Source: a virus. From it: a stretch of 64,000 bases of DNA. The notes under the pieces are model-generated. The model saw only the letters and a list, made by a program, of their open reading frames with translations, did no database searches and was not told the DNA's origin. The position numbers were made by a program, and so were the translations under genes. This document shows, in pieces, positions 8,619-17,648 of the stretch (position 1 is its first letter; each line of letters opens with the position of its first letter). Location: positions 112,003 through 176,002 of IMG/VR virus record IMGVR_UViG_3300049049_000237; one strand, written 5' to 3'.

Positions 8619-9835
8619 TCATCCAGGAGAAGAACCAGGACCTCTACAACCGACGGATGACGAAGGCTGCGACGGCCCTCGTCATCCGCCACCCGTTCTT
8701 CGGGTATCTCCTTTTCGGTAGCTCCGTGAAGGTCGTCGCGCGAGCGATTCCCACGATGGCTACCGACGGGCGCTCGATCTACTGCGGGATCGACTTCGTC
8801 AGCAAGGAGCCGATCGAGATCTTGGAGTTCGGTCTGCTGCACGAGCTGCTGCACATCTACTTCAACCATCACGCGCGACGTGGCTCTCGTGACGCGAAGG
8901 TGTGGAACATCGCCGTCGACATCTTCACGAACGAGCAGTGCTCCCTGCTCCTCTCGCACGACAACGGGAACACGCGCTGGCCGATACCGGCACGCTTCAT
9001 CCAGCCGGCAGAATGGGCGCTGGGCAAGTCGTGCGAGGAGATCTACGACATCTTGATGAAGGCGGAGCAGGACGAGCCTGACGTCCTGAAGAAGCTCCAG
9101 CCTGCGGAAGACGAGCTTGGCAGCGGCAGCGACATGATCCCGATGCCCGAGCCGCTTCCTCGGGGCGTGGATCCGCTCGACCCGCAGGGCTCGAAGGACT
9201 GGCAGGGCTCCTTCCAGCAAGACGTCGCGAGTGCCCGCGCGATGGCCGACAAGACCGTCGTCACGAAGCGCCTGCTGACGGATGCAGTGCGCGATCGGAT
9301 GGCGAAGATCCTCAAGTCCACACTGCCTTGGGGATCGATCCTGCGGGGCGACCTGTCGTACGACCTCGGGTGGGATGAGGCGACGTACTGTCCCCCGAAG
9401 ACGAAGTACTACCCGATCATCCTCCCGCAGACGCGGTCGACCAAGGAGCGAGTCCTGCTCCTGGGCATCGACATCAGCACGAGCGTCACGGACGACCTCA
9501 TCCAGATCTTCATCTCGAATGTGATGTCGGCTGCGATGAAGGCCACCAAGACGGTGGTCGTGACGTTCGACCAGTTCCAGCGCGACTACTACGAGACCAC
9601 CAACCCGAAGACCATCTTCGAGCACGTCAAGTTCAAGTCGGGAGCGCACTACAAGACTTCGGCGATGTGCGTCTTCGAGCACGCAGATCGCCTGAAGCCG
9701 AGCGCCATCTGTCTGCTCACCGATGGGCACATCGAAGTGCCTGAGACCGCATACAAGAACACGACCTTCGTGATTCCCACCGGCGGGGCCCACCTGCCGT
9801 GGGGCCGGCACATCGTGATGGAGTACCAATGGTAG
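8615..9835 (+). CDS. DUF2201-type metallopeptidase-like + VWA domain protein
   Basis: PFFG, ATDG, HELLH and WNIA motifs, then MIDAS DISTS and LTDG. GTGA overlap with the ATPase stop. Confidence 0.85.
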   Translation: MIIQEKNQDLYNRRMTKAATALVIRHPFFGYLLFGSSVKVVARAIPTMATDGRSIYCGIDFVSKEPIEILEFGLLHELLHIYFNHHARRGSRDAKVWNIAVDIFTNEQCSLLLSHDNGNTRWPIPARFIQPAEWALGKSCEEIYDILMKAEQDEPDVLKKLQPAEDELGSGSDMIPMPEPLPRGVDPLDPQGSKDWQGSFQQDVASARAMADKTVVTKRLLTDAVRDRMAKILKSTLPWGSILRGDLSYDLGWDEATYCPPKTKYYPIILPQTRSTKERVLLLGIDISTSVTDDLIQIFISNVMSAAMKATKTVVVTFDQFQRDYYETTNPKTIFEHVKFKSGAHYKTSAMCVFEHADRLKPSAICLLTDGHIEVPETAYKNTTFVIPTGGAHLPWGRHIVMEYQW

Positions 9836-11250
9836 AGATGATGTCTGTGTACGCGTCCCTCGCGCACGCGGTGATGAACGAGCAGCTTCGTCCGGTCTTG
9901 GAGCGGTCGTGGTCCGCGTCCTCCGACGTGACCGGAACGAAGGGCAAGGCGTGGCGCATCGCGCTCTGCGCCTACGGCAAGGACGTGTACACGCTCGGGT
10001 CTCGGATGGGGATTCCGACGAAGAACAGCGTCGGCGGGCACGGGTACTCCGTGTTCACGTGCCCGCGCATCCTCACGCTCGGCATCTCCCCGCTGGAGGT
10101 CTACGGGTACAAGACGATCACGCACTCGACGACCGCCTACACGCCCATCCACCTCGCGACGGCGCTTCTTCGCTTCGCCCCGAGCGAGTACCGCTCGATG
10201 GCCGAGGAGCTCCTACAGCCGGCGTTCCTTCGCAAGTACGCGAAGCACCAGGAGCCGGACGTCGTGTCCATGCGGCTCAACCCGTACGTGCCCGAGGAGC
10301 TCGGACTTCCGTTCAAGCACCTCCCCATCGAGCCCGGCGAGTACATCGACGAGGTCGGGAACCTCGCCTGGTTCACGCCCGAGTACGCGCACAAGTACTT
10401 CGAGCACAAGCTGCGCGAGGGCTTCGTGCGCCTCACGCAGCTCAACCTCGTCCATCGCATGTGGGGCTCGCTCGTCGAATCCGGCGCAGCCGCCGTGCTG
10501 GCGCACGCGAAAGACCGTGAGCTCAGCGACTACCCGCTGCTCACGTTGCGGCTGCGCATGGCGAGTAAGCACAGCGCAGAGAACTTCCTCAACAAGCTCA
10601 CCGGCGTCCGCGGGGTGCTGAACATCGTCCGCGATGACCTGTCCGAGTACCGGATGAAGAAGGGTCTCTCCATCCTCGCGACGACCGGCACCGCTCCCGT
10701 CCGTGCGATGTTCAAGTTCATCGGACGCAAGCTGACGATGGACGACCTGCGTGAGCTGACCCCGCGGCAAGCGCTGGAGATCTGCTTCTACGCACCCCTC
10801 GGGGCCATCGAAGACCTACGCCCGCGAGCAGAAGAACTCGGTGCGATGTTCTTCGGGATCAAGGACCTCCCGATGGGGAAGATCCAGAACGTGGTCTCTG
10901 ATCACGTGCACCGCGCCAAGGAGTGGTACCCGTGCAGCGACGCGGGTATCGCGAGGCAGATGAGCACGAAGACGATCGCTGACGCGAAGTCGGAGTGGGA
11001 CGACACGTACCGTCCCCTCACGCACGAGTTCGTGGAGGCCTACACGTGGCGGAACGACCTCCTCGAAGCGGTCGATCCGGACACGGCGTTCCTCGGGATG
11101 ATGTACGAACTCACCACGGAGGAAGAGTCCGTACCGCGCATCGCGATCGACAACCTGCTCCGCACGCACTCGAACTACGCCAGGCTGAAGGACATCCTCG
11201 CCCGTATGCCTCTTCATCTGCGTAGGATCGGGGGGCTCGACAGAACGTGA
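9829..11250 (+). CDS. Hypothetical protein (about 473 aa), third gene of the AAA/VWA operon
   Basis: Long ORF with genome-typical codons; overlaps the VWA stop and ends at a terminator. Confidence 0.8.
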   Translation: MVEMMSVYASLAHAVMNEQLRPVLERSWSASSDVTGTKGKAWRIALCAYGKDVYTLGSRMGIPTKNSVGGHGYSVFTCPRILTLGISPLEVYGYKTITHSTTAYTPIHLATALLRFAPSEYRSMAEELLQPAFLRKYAKHQEPDVVSMRLNPYVPEELGLPFKHLPIEPGEYIDEVGNLAWFTPEYAHKYFEHKLREGFVRLTQLNLVHRMWGSLVESGAAAVLAHAKDRELSDYPLLTLRLRMASKHSAENFLNKLTGVRGVLNIVRDDLSEYRMKKGLSILATTGTAPVRAMFKFIGRKLTMDDLRELTPRQALEICFYAPLGAIEDLRPRAEELGAMFFGIKDLPMGKIQNVVSDHVHRAKEWYPCSDAGIARQMSTKTIADAKSEWDDTYRPLTHEFVEAYTWRNDLLEAVDPDTAFLGMMYELTTEEESVPRIAIDNLLRTHSNYARLKDILARMPLHLRRIGGLDRT

Positions 11251-11282
11251 GAAGAGGGGCGTGAGCCCCTCTTCTTTTGCCC
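11250..11282 (+). terminator. Intrinsic terminator between convergent operons
   Basis: AGAAGAGGGGC-GTGA-GCCCCTCTTCT then TTTGCCC. Confidence 0.85.
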
Positions 11283-11283
11283 G

Positions 11284-13164
11284 TCAGCCTGCGCCCGCCA
11301 ACGACAGCCGGCGCGGCGGACGCTGTTCGGGGAGCGGACGCATGTCGACCCCGGAGCTCGTCGGCTTCACGAGGTTCTGGCGCACGAGCTCGCCGAGTTC
11401 CGGCGACGTCTTCGAGAGGTGGGTGAGGTTCTGGTCCTGCACGTCGGCGGGCATCTTGCCGATCTCTGCCGCCAGCGCCGCCGCAGTCTGTCCGAGCGGA
11501 AGTCCTGCGGGTGCCTGAGCGAGCTGAGAGCCCTGCTGCTCGGTGAACGACTGCTGCTGTTCGGCGGCCATGTTCGTCTGCGACTTCAGCGCAGCCTCCG
11601 CCATGATCTCTTGGGCCTGCGCCTGGTAGCGCGCCTGCACGACCATCGCTTCGCCCTGGATCTCCGCCTGCGCGAGCTGCTGCTTCTTCAGCGCCTCCAT
11701 GCGGATCGCCGTCTCCTTCATCTGGAGCTCGGCCTCGTCCTCGACGTTGAAGTCCATCATCGAGATGAGCGACGTGTCGCTGATCTTCTGCATCTGGTTG
11801 AGGCCCTGCGCGAAGGCCATGCGCTGGAGGTCGTCCGCCATCTTGAAGGGCTTGAACTTGGCGGTCGCCACCGGCCAGTTCAGGAAGTGACCGACGCGCT
11901 GCATCGTCCAGCGAAGCAGACGGTACTGGTTCTGCACGTTGGACAAGAAGAAGTTCTCGACCATGCGCATCGACACGCTGGTGCCGGCGTACGTGCCCTG
12001 GCCGAACACGAGGTCGATCGGGAACCCCATCCCGATCGCGATGAGCTCGCCCATCGACCGGATCTCGTTCATCAGCAGCAGGGCGCGGCCGTTCTCGCCG
12101 ATGATCTGGTGGCCGATCGGGAACGGCAGGATGCCGTAGTAGCTCGGGTCCATGCGCTGCCGAGCGAGCTCGCGCTGGATGTGCCCGCGCCAGTCGGCGA
12201 GGTTCACCGTCGAGAACGGGTCTGCACCGGAGGTCGCAGGCTGCGGGTACAGGAAGATCTGCGGGATGAGGTGCGTGAGGAGCACCGTCTCCTGCGCCTT
12301 CTTCATGATCTGCATGTAGAAGGCGTCCTTCAGCACCGGCATGAGGAGCGGGATGCCCCAGCCCATGTCCATGCTCGACAGCGCCGGCCTTCGCATGTGG
12401 AAGACCTCGCGCTTGTCGAAGACGACCAGGCGCTTCTCACGTACCGCTTCGAGGAAGAGCTGCGGCGTCGTCGCGACGATGTCCTTGCGTCCGGTCGTGA
12501 CGAGCGACTTGAACTTCGCGGACATGTCGAGCGCGTAGTCCATGCGCCCGGTCGCTTCGTTGTAGAAGATGGAGACGTTCTCCGGGTTCCACCGGATGAG
12601 CGAGATCTCCGACGCCTTCGGGTAGTAGCGGTCGTGGGCCTTCGCGAAGTTCGACTGGCCGCACTTCGGGCACGTCAGGTAGAAGCGGTGGTCCGTGTAC
12701 CGCCAGTTCCTGGTGTTCTCCTGCGCATCGATCTCCGCGAGGCATCCCTCCTGCGGACACTTGATGTACTTGCGGAACGGGAAGCTCGGCGAGACGAAGG
12801 CGTTGCCGTAGACGTAGTAGTCGAGGTTCACCTCGAACTGGTGCGTCCGGTACTGCATCACGCCGAGCATCTGCTCGCGCCACCGATCGACGACACCCTT
12901 CTCCTTGTGGGCGAAGTTGACGTCGGTGATGGGGTACTCGGCGGCCTTCGTGCAGATCGCGTTGATGATGCCGTGCGTCAGGTAGTAGTACCGGCAGAAC
13001 GCGAACAGGTTCTTGACCGACGCCGGTGTGTACGTGGACGCCTGGTCGAAGAAGGGATTGGCGAAGGGCGCGTACTGCCGCCCGAGGATGTTCGTGCGAC
13101 TGAACGAACCGCTGAGCATCGCTCCGCGGTTCTCCACGATCCCCTGCGGGCCGAAGAACGTCAT
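11284..13164 (-). CDS. Phage portal protein with Zn-ribbon insertion
   Basis: Portal-like segments DYYVYGNAFV, RWNPENV and HMRRP...GWGIPLL; Q/A-rich C-terminal coiled coil; CPQEGC...CPKC insert. Confidence 0.75.
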   Translation of the reverse strand: MTFFGPQGIVENRGAMLSGSFSRTNILGRQYAPFANPFFDQASTYTPASVKNLFAFCRYYYLTHGIINAICTKAAEYPITDVNFAHKEKGVVDRWREQMLGVMQYRTHQFEVNLDYYVYGNAFVSPSFPFRKYIKCPQEGCLAEIDAQENTRNWRYTDHRFYLTCPKCGQSNFAKAHDRYYPKASEISLIRWNPENVSIFYNEATGRMDYALDMSAKFKSLVTTGRKDIVATTPQLFLEAVREKRLVVFDKREVFHMRRPALSSMDMGWGIPLLMPVLKDAFYMQIMKKAQETVLLTHLIPQIFLYPQPATSGADPFSTVNLADWRGHIQRELARQRMDPSYYGILPFPIGHQIIGENGRALLLMNEIRSMGELIAIGMGFPIDLVFGQGTYAGTSVSMRMVENFFLSNVQNQYRLLRWTMQRVGHFLNWPVATAKFKPFKMADDLQRMAFAQGLNQMQKISDTSLISMMDFNVEDEAELQMKETAIRMEALKKQQLAQAEIQGEAMVVQARYQAQAQEIMAEAALKSQTNMAAEQQQSFTEQQGSQLAQAPAGLPLGQTAAALAAEIGKMPADVQDQNLTHLSKTSPELGELVRQNLVKPTSSGVDMRPLPEQRPPRRLSLAGAG

Positions 13165-13173
13165 GTGCGGATA

Positions 13174-14070
13174 CTACCCGATCTGCGCAGGGGCGGGACG
13201 TGATCCACCGAGAGCACGCCCGACCCGACCGCTGAGATACTCGACACCCTGACCCACGACGTTCTGCGAGAGCATCGGAAGTCCGCTGAATACGAGACCT
13301 CCGCCGATGTTGCCCACGGCACGCATCGACTTCTCGCCGAGCGATCGACCACCCGCCGCACTCTCGTCACCACGTGCGAGATCGGCCCCGCTGACTGCGA
13401 CAGGCACGCCGACGCCAGCGGCGACGCCGAGACCACCGCCGAGACGAAGCTGATCCCACACGGCCTTCGACGCAGCTCGCGGGTCCTTAGCGAAAGCCTT
13501 CACCGCTCCCGGCGCGTGGGTCATGCCGAGGTCACGCATGCGATCGCCGACATCACCTTCGGCGAAGTGAGCTCGCATGCTCGCTGCCTGCTCTGCACTG
13601 TTCACGCTGCCAGGGCTGTGCTTCGCGAGATCCTGTGCGCGCAGCGTGTCGAGATGAACTCGCTTCGCCGCAGTGCCGCTTCCCGTGATGCCGATGCGAT
13701 CGAGGTACGCTTTGTCGTTCGCTCCGTGCCCGGTGATCCCGTGCACCTGACGACGAGCGAAGTTGCCGACGCCCTCCCCTGCTCGCGCCAGCGTCGCCTT
13801 CGCGACGTCCTTCGCGCCCGAGAGCTGCGGGTTGAGCAGCATCGTGTCGCGCGCACCACGGCCGATCGCCGCGACGCCGGCACCGGCGAGGCCGCCGCGC
13901 AGCGCACCCAGCACGCCACCAGCGACGTAGTTCTTCTCGCCCTCTCCGCGAGCGGCCTCACGCGCTACGCCGAGCGCGCCGCCGAGCCCCGCCCCGATCG
14001 CAGAGGTGCTGCCCGGGTTGTGTGCGATGAACCGCCCTGCGCTGCTGAGGATGTTCGCGTGCTTGTTCAT
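13174..14070 (-). CDS. Gly/Ala-rich glycine-zipper protein, putative internal virion protein
   Basis: Repeated GxxxG helices; starts MNKHA; lies in the head module. Confidence 0.7.
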   Translation of the reverse strand: MNKHANILSSAGRFIAHNPGSTSAIGAGLGGALGVAREAARGEGEKNYVAGGVLGALRGGLAGAGVAAIGRGARDTMLLNPQLSGAKDVAKATLARAGEGVGNFARRQVHGITGHGANDKAYLDRIGITGSGTAAKRVHLDTLRAQDLAKHSPGSVNSAEQAASMRAHFAEGDVGDRMRDLGMTHAPGAVKAFAKDPRAASKAVWDQLRLGGGLGVAAGVGVPVAVSGADLARGDESAAGGRSLGEKSMRAVGNIGGGLVFSGLPMLSQNVVGQGVEYLSGRVGRALGGSRPAPAQIG

Positions 14071-14660
14071 CTCGACGCTCCATGCGCGGCCGACGTGAGC
14101 AGGGCGGTACCGAGCCCGTACGCGCCCGGCGTCAGGTACGTGCTCCCGAGGCGCAGCGCTTCATGACGAAGATGCTTGAGCTGCTCGGGCGTCGCCCCGT
14201 GCTCCTTCAGCATCTGGTGACCCTTCATCCACGCAACGCCCTCGCCGGCAAGGAGAGGAGCTTGCGATGCCGCGACGCCCAGCGAGCTGAGAGTCGCCTT
14301 TCGCGCGAGGTTGCCCTCTGCGATGAGGGCGATGACCATCCCGATGAGCGGCCCGAGCCCGGACACGGCCCTGGCGTTGCCGTCCTGCACGATGCGCCCG
14401 AGCGTCGTCTTGTCGAACTCGGCGTGGCCGAGTTCGTGAGCGAGCGTCGAGAGCCCATCGTCCGTTCCTTCGAGGCGCTTCGAGAGGCTGACGAGTGGCT
14501 TCCCCTCAGCACCGGCACGATCGAAGTGCGCCCCGACGGTGTTCTCGTTGTACTCGACCTTCGTTCCCTTCTCTCGGGCGCGGTTCAGCAGCGCGTCGGT
14601 CATCCGCTGACGCGCGCCGTCGTCCTGTAGGACATCACCGAGAGAAGGCTTGGGCATCAT
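14067..14660 (-). CDS. Zincin-like (HExxH) protein with hydrophobic helices
   Basis: LAHELGHA plus downstream GEGVAW; ATGA overlaps with both neighbours. Start reassigned to 14660. Confidence 0.7.
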   Translation of the reverse strand: MMPKPSLGDVLQDDGARQRMTDALLNRAREKGTKVEYNENTVGAHFDRAGAEGKPLVSLSKRLEGTDDGLSTLAHELGHAEFDKTTLGRIVQDGNARAVSGLGPLIGMVIALIAEGNLARKATLSSLGVAASQAPLLAGEGVAWMKGHQMLKEHGATPEQLKHLRHEALRLGSTYLTPGAYGLGTALLTSAAHGASR

Positions 14661-15637
14661 CCACCCTTGAGCATCCGGAGCTGCGCGATGAGCTGCGCCC
14701 GCACCTGATTGCGGTACTCGTTGTTGATCAGCAGCTTGTACACCGCCGACCCGACGGCGTCCTCGCCGAGCCCGTCGACGGCCTGTTCGAGCGGCTTCTT
14801 CTTGCGCGCGTCGAAGGCCGCCTTCGTCTGGTCTCGGATGTCTCCGAACTCCAGCGGCAACCGCGTGAGCTTCTTCGACCCGCACGCGACGCACTTCACG
14901 TCGTGGTCGTCACGCTCGATGGTCCCGCACTCGCCGCACTTGATCTTCTGGTCGTCGAGCTCTTCCTGCGCGAACTGAAGCGGAGGGGGCACGTAGGTCA
15001 CGCCGGTGTCCCGGCACGCCACGGCCACGAACTTCGCCACCTCCTCGGCGAACGGACGCGGCCGATCGATGTGCTTCATCGTGTCGACCGCCGCCATGAG
15101 GAAGCCGAGCTGGGGCTTCTCCATGAACTTGAAGTTGGGGGCCCTGCCGGCGAGGCCGAGCGAGATCCAGTGGAACTGCTCCCACTGCCTCCACGGCGAC
15201 GGACTCGTGATGAGCACCCGCGTCGCGAGGATCTTCGTCCACACCGACTCGGACAGGAGCGTGTCGTCCTTCTTCAGCGTGAGCTTCAGCGTCTCGGGCT
15301 CCCACTCCACATAGTCCTGCCCGTAGCGGTCCATCAGGAGCAAGGAAAGAACGAGCGGGTGCGCGTTCGGGTGCCGCCAGATGTTCTTCTGCGTCACCAT
15401 CGGCAGGTCGTCGTCCGTACCGAGACGCTTCGCTGCCGTCTTCTCGATGCCCGAGGGCAGCTCCGCCATCCAGTCGGGCAGGTCCACACGGACCGAGCCG
15501 ATGATCAGCTCCGGCGAGACGTCCGAATGATCCAACGAAGGAGCAGCCACCTTGGACTGCTCCTCCAGGATCTGCGGGTCCACGGTGGCGACGGGGTGAG
15601 GCCACCGCATCCAGTTCATGTTCTGGTTCATGTTCAC
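14657..15637 (-). CDS. Hypothetical protein with Zn ribbon
   Basis: CGECG...CVACG; ATGA-coupled within the operon. Confidence 0.75.
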   Translation of the reverse strand: MNMNQNMNWMRWPHPVATVDPQILEEQSKVAAPSLDHSDVSPELIIGSVRVDLPDWMAELPSGIEKTAAKRLGTDDDLPMVTQKNIWRHPNAHPLVLSLLLMDRYGQDYVEWEPETLKLTLKKDDTLLSESVWTKILATRVLITSPSPWRQWEQFHWISLGLAGRAPNFKFMEKPQLGFLMAAVDTMKHIDRPRPFAEEVAKFVAVACRDTGVTYVPPPLQFAQEELDDQKIKCGECGTIERDDHDVKCVACGSKKLTRLPLEFGDIRDQTKAAFDARKKKPLEQAVDGLGEDAVGSAVYKLLINNEYRNQVRAQLIAQLRMLKGG

Positions 15638-16941
15638 CGCTGGTAGCTGTCGGAGGCGAGACGCGCCAGGACGACCTTCTGCGGATCGGGCATCGAGGAG
15701 AAGACCGCGATCGGGTCCTTCTGGAAGCTCTTCCGCACGTCCTCACCGAACGCCTGCTGGACGAGCTGCCACTGGGTGGACGCGAGGTTCTTCAGCATCT
15801 CGTCGCTGACGTAGTCGTTGCCCTCCGACCACGACCAGCTCTCGTTCTTGGCGTACTTGCCGAACGTCGCCTGGAACGGATCGCGGAAGCCGAGGGGCCG
15901 GTTGTAGTAGGCGTTCGCTCCCGTGTGCTGGTCGAGCTCCGCGAGCATCTCGACCATCACGGAGGGCGGGGTGCTCGCCTTCTTCTCCATCAGCACGTGG
16001 TACGCGTGCTCGTGGCCGGTACCCTCGTAGTTGCGGATGCGCGTGACGAGCTCGCTGTCGATGTGCGGGCCGTACTCGTGACCGGCGTACTTCTGTGTGG
16101 CGCCGCGAACGGGGAGCCCGAGCTCCTCCAGGCGGGCGGCGAGGTTCACCGCGAACTCGCGGCGATCGTCGAGGGAGAACAGCGAGTAGTGGTCGTCGAA
16201 GTAGACCGACGCCTGCTTCACGTGCTCGTACTGATCGAGCGGGTACTTCTCCTGCGAAGGCAGGGCGAAACGCGTGACCACCATCGCGACCTTCTCCTTC
16301 GGGCGGTGCGCGGTGATGTCGCCGCAGTGCTCCCAGCCCGCCTTCTTCATCGCCGACGAGCCTGCCGTGGGCTTCGCGGTGTCCCGGCGGCTCGGCCACG
16401 TCGAGATGCTGCCGGACATCGGCATCATTTCCGTGCCGTTCAGGTCCGCCTTCTTCTGCATGTCGGACGTGAGCCCTGCCTGGGCGAGGCGGAAGCCTTC
16501 CATCGAGGACTTCGCCGCCTGGCTGCCGTGAACCATGCGGTCCTTGGCCGATGCGAGGTGACCCGCTGCGTCGATCACGCCCGAGATGCCCGCCATCTTC
16601 AGCAGGTCTTCGGGCGGCTGGACGTCGTACCACTCGCACGCGCCGACGAGGTTGCGCGCCGCGGTCTTGCGAGCCTGCTCCGGCAGGAGGTGCGATCGCT
16701 CCATGAAGTACATGACCGACGTGGCGAGGTGCCCCGAATCGTGCATCGCGTACTTCCGGACTGTCTCTCCGGCGTTCTGGGCGACGAGCGCGAACATGCG
16801 GTCGGGCAGCCGACCGAGGTCCTCCTGGCTCATCAGCTCCATGTCGAGTGAGGGAGGAAGCTCGGCACCGGCCAGCTTCGTCACGAGAAGCGACGCGTTC
16901 GCGTCGTCGTAGATGTCGAGGATCACGCCCGCGAGATGCAT
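15634..16941 (-). CDS. KxA-motif-rich protein, putative head/scaffold-associated
   Basis: About 11 K-x-A tripeptides. Start reassigned to ATG 16941 (MHLAGVILD), 6 nt after TACCCT. Confidence 0.75.
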   Translation of the reverse strand: MHLAGVILDIYDDANASLLVTKLAGAELPPSLDMELMSQEDLGRLPDRMFALVAQNAGETVRKYAMHDSGHLATSVMYFMERSHLLPEQARKTAARNLVGACEWYDVQPPEDLLKMAGISGVIDAAGHLASAKDRMVHGSQAAKSSMEGFRLAQAGLTSDMQKKADLNGTEMMPMSGSISTWPSRRDTAKPTAGSSAMKKAGWEHCGDITAHRPKEKVAMVVTRFALPSQEKYPLDQYEHVKQASVYFDDHYSLFSLDDRREFAVNLAARLEELGLPVRGATQKYAGHEYGPHIDSELVTRIRNYEGTGHEHAYHVLMEKKASTPPSVMVEMLAELDQHTGANAYYNRPLGFRDPFQATFGKYAKNESWSWSEGNDYVSDEMLKNLASTQWQLVQQAFGEDVRKSFQKDPIAVFSSMPDPQKVVLARLASDSYQR

Positions 16942-16947
16942 GGGCCA

Positions 16948-16977
16948 AGGGTACGGCAGGCACGACAGAACGGTCAA
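16948..16977 (-). promoter_or_regulatory. Sigma70-like leaderless promoter of the head operon
   Basis: TTGACC-N18-TACCCT-N6-ATG, the same geometry and -35 as the RNAP promoter. Confidence 0.65.
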
Positions 16978-16981
16978 ACGA

Positions 16982-16989
16982 CCTATCAG
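16982..16989 (+). promoter_or_regulatory. CCTATCAG motif upstream of the replication operon
   Basis: Exact 8-mer; GGAGG SD and ATG 17016 follow. Confidence 0.5.
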
Positions 16990-17015
16990 GAAAATGAACG
17001 CTCTAACGGAGGTTT

Positions 17016-17648
17016 ATGTCCCTCGAACCCGAGGTCGGGAACAATATCGGGCCGACCAACAAGAACATGAACTGCGACTCGTGGGGAACCTACGAATCGC
17101 CCAACTCCTCGCCCACCGCCTCCCTGTGCAACGGCGGTACGCTCGACGGCCATCTGTGGGCCGAGTGCCCTTCGCGCGAGGACTGCCGCAAGGAGCGTAA
17201 CCAGCGAGTGCTCGCAGATGCGCGAGCTCGCTCGGGACGCACGCATCTGCCCACGGTCTCGCCGGCATCGCAGGTACGCTTCGTCGGAGGGCAGACGCAG
17301 CGCCCGTTCTCTGGTACCACCTCTTCTCCCGCAGCAACGACCATCCCCCAGCGCCCGGTGGGGGTACCCGCCCAGATCCACAAGGCCGAATCCGGCAACC
17401 CCTACATCGACACGCCTCGCGTGCTCGCGCCTACGCGGCCGGGCATGCACTCGCCCACGTTCCTGCCGAACAAGAAGGAGCACTGGGCAACCCGCCTCTT
17501 CAAGAACATGGTCCAGGGCGCGTTCAACGCGTTCGGCTGGCACATCCACGACCTCACGCAGCACGTCGACCTCTTCCCCTATCAGGACGACGAGCAGCAC
17601 ATCCTGCCCCCTTCCACGCCTCCCGCGGAGGATAACGAGAAGAGATGA
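17016..17648 (+). CDS. Hypothetical protein with N-terminal Cys cluster and Pro-rich linker
   Basis: GGAGG SD; four Cys in the N-terminal 60 aa. Confidence 0.75.
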   Translation: MSLEPEVGNNIGPTNKNMNCDSWGTYESPNSSPTASLCNGGTLDGHLWAECPSREDCRKERNQRVLADARARSGRTHLPTVSPASQVRFVGGQTQRPFSGTTSSPAATTIPQRPVGVPAQIHKAESGNPYIDTPRVLAPTRPGMHSPTFLPNKKEHWATRLFKNMVQGAFNAFGWHIHDLTQHVDLFPYQDDEQHILPPSTPPAEDNEKR

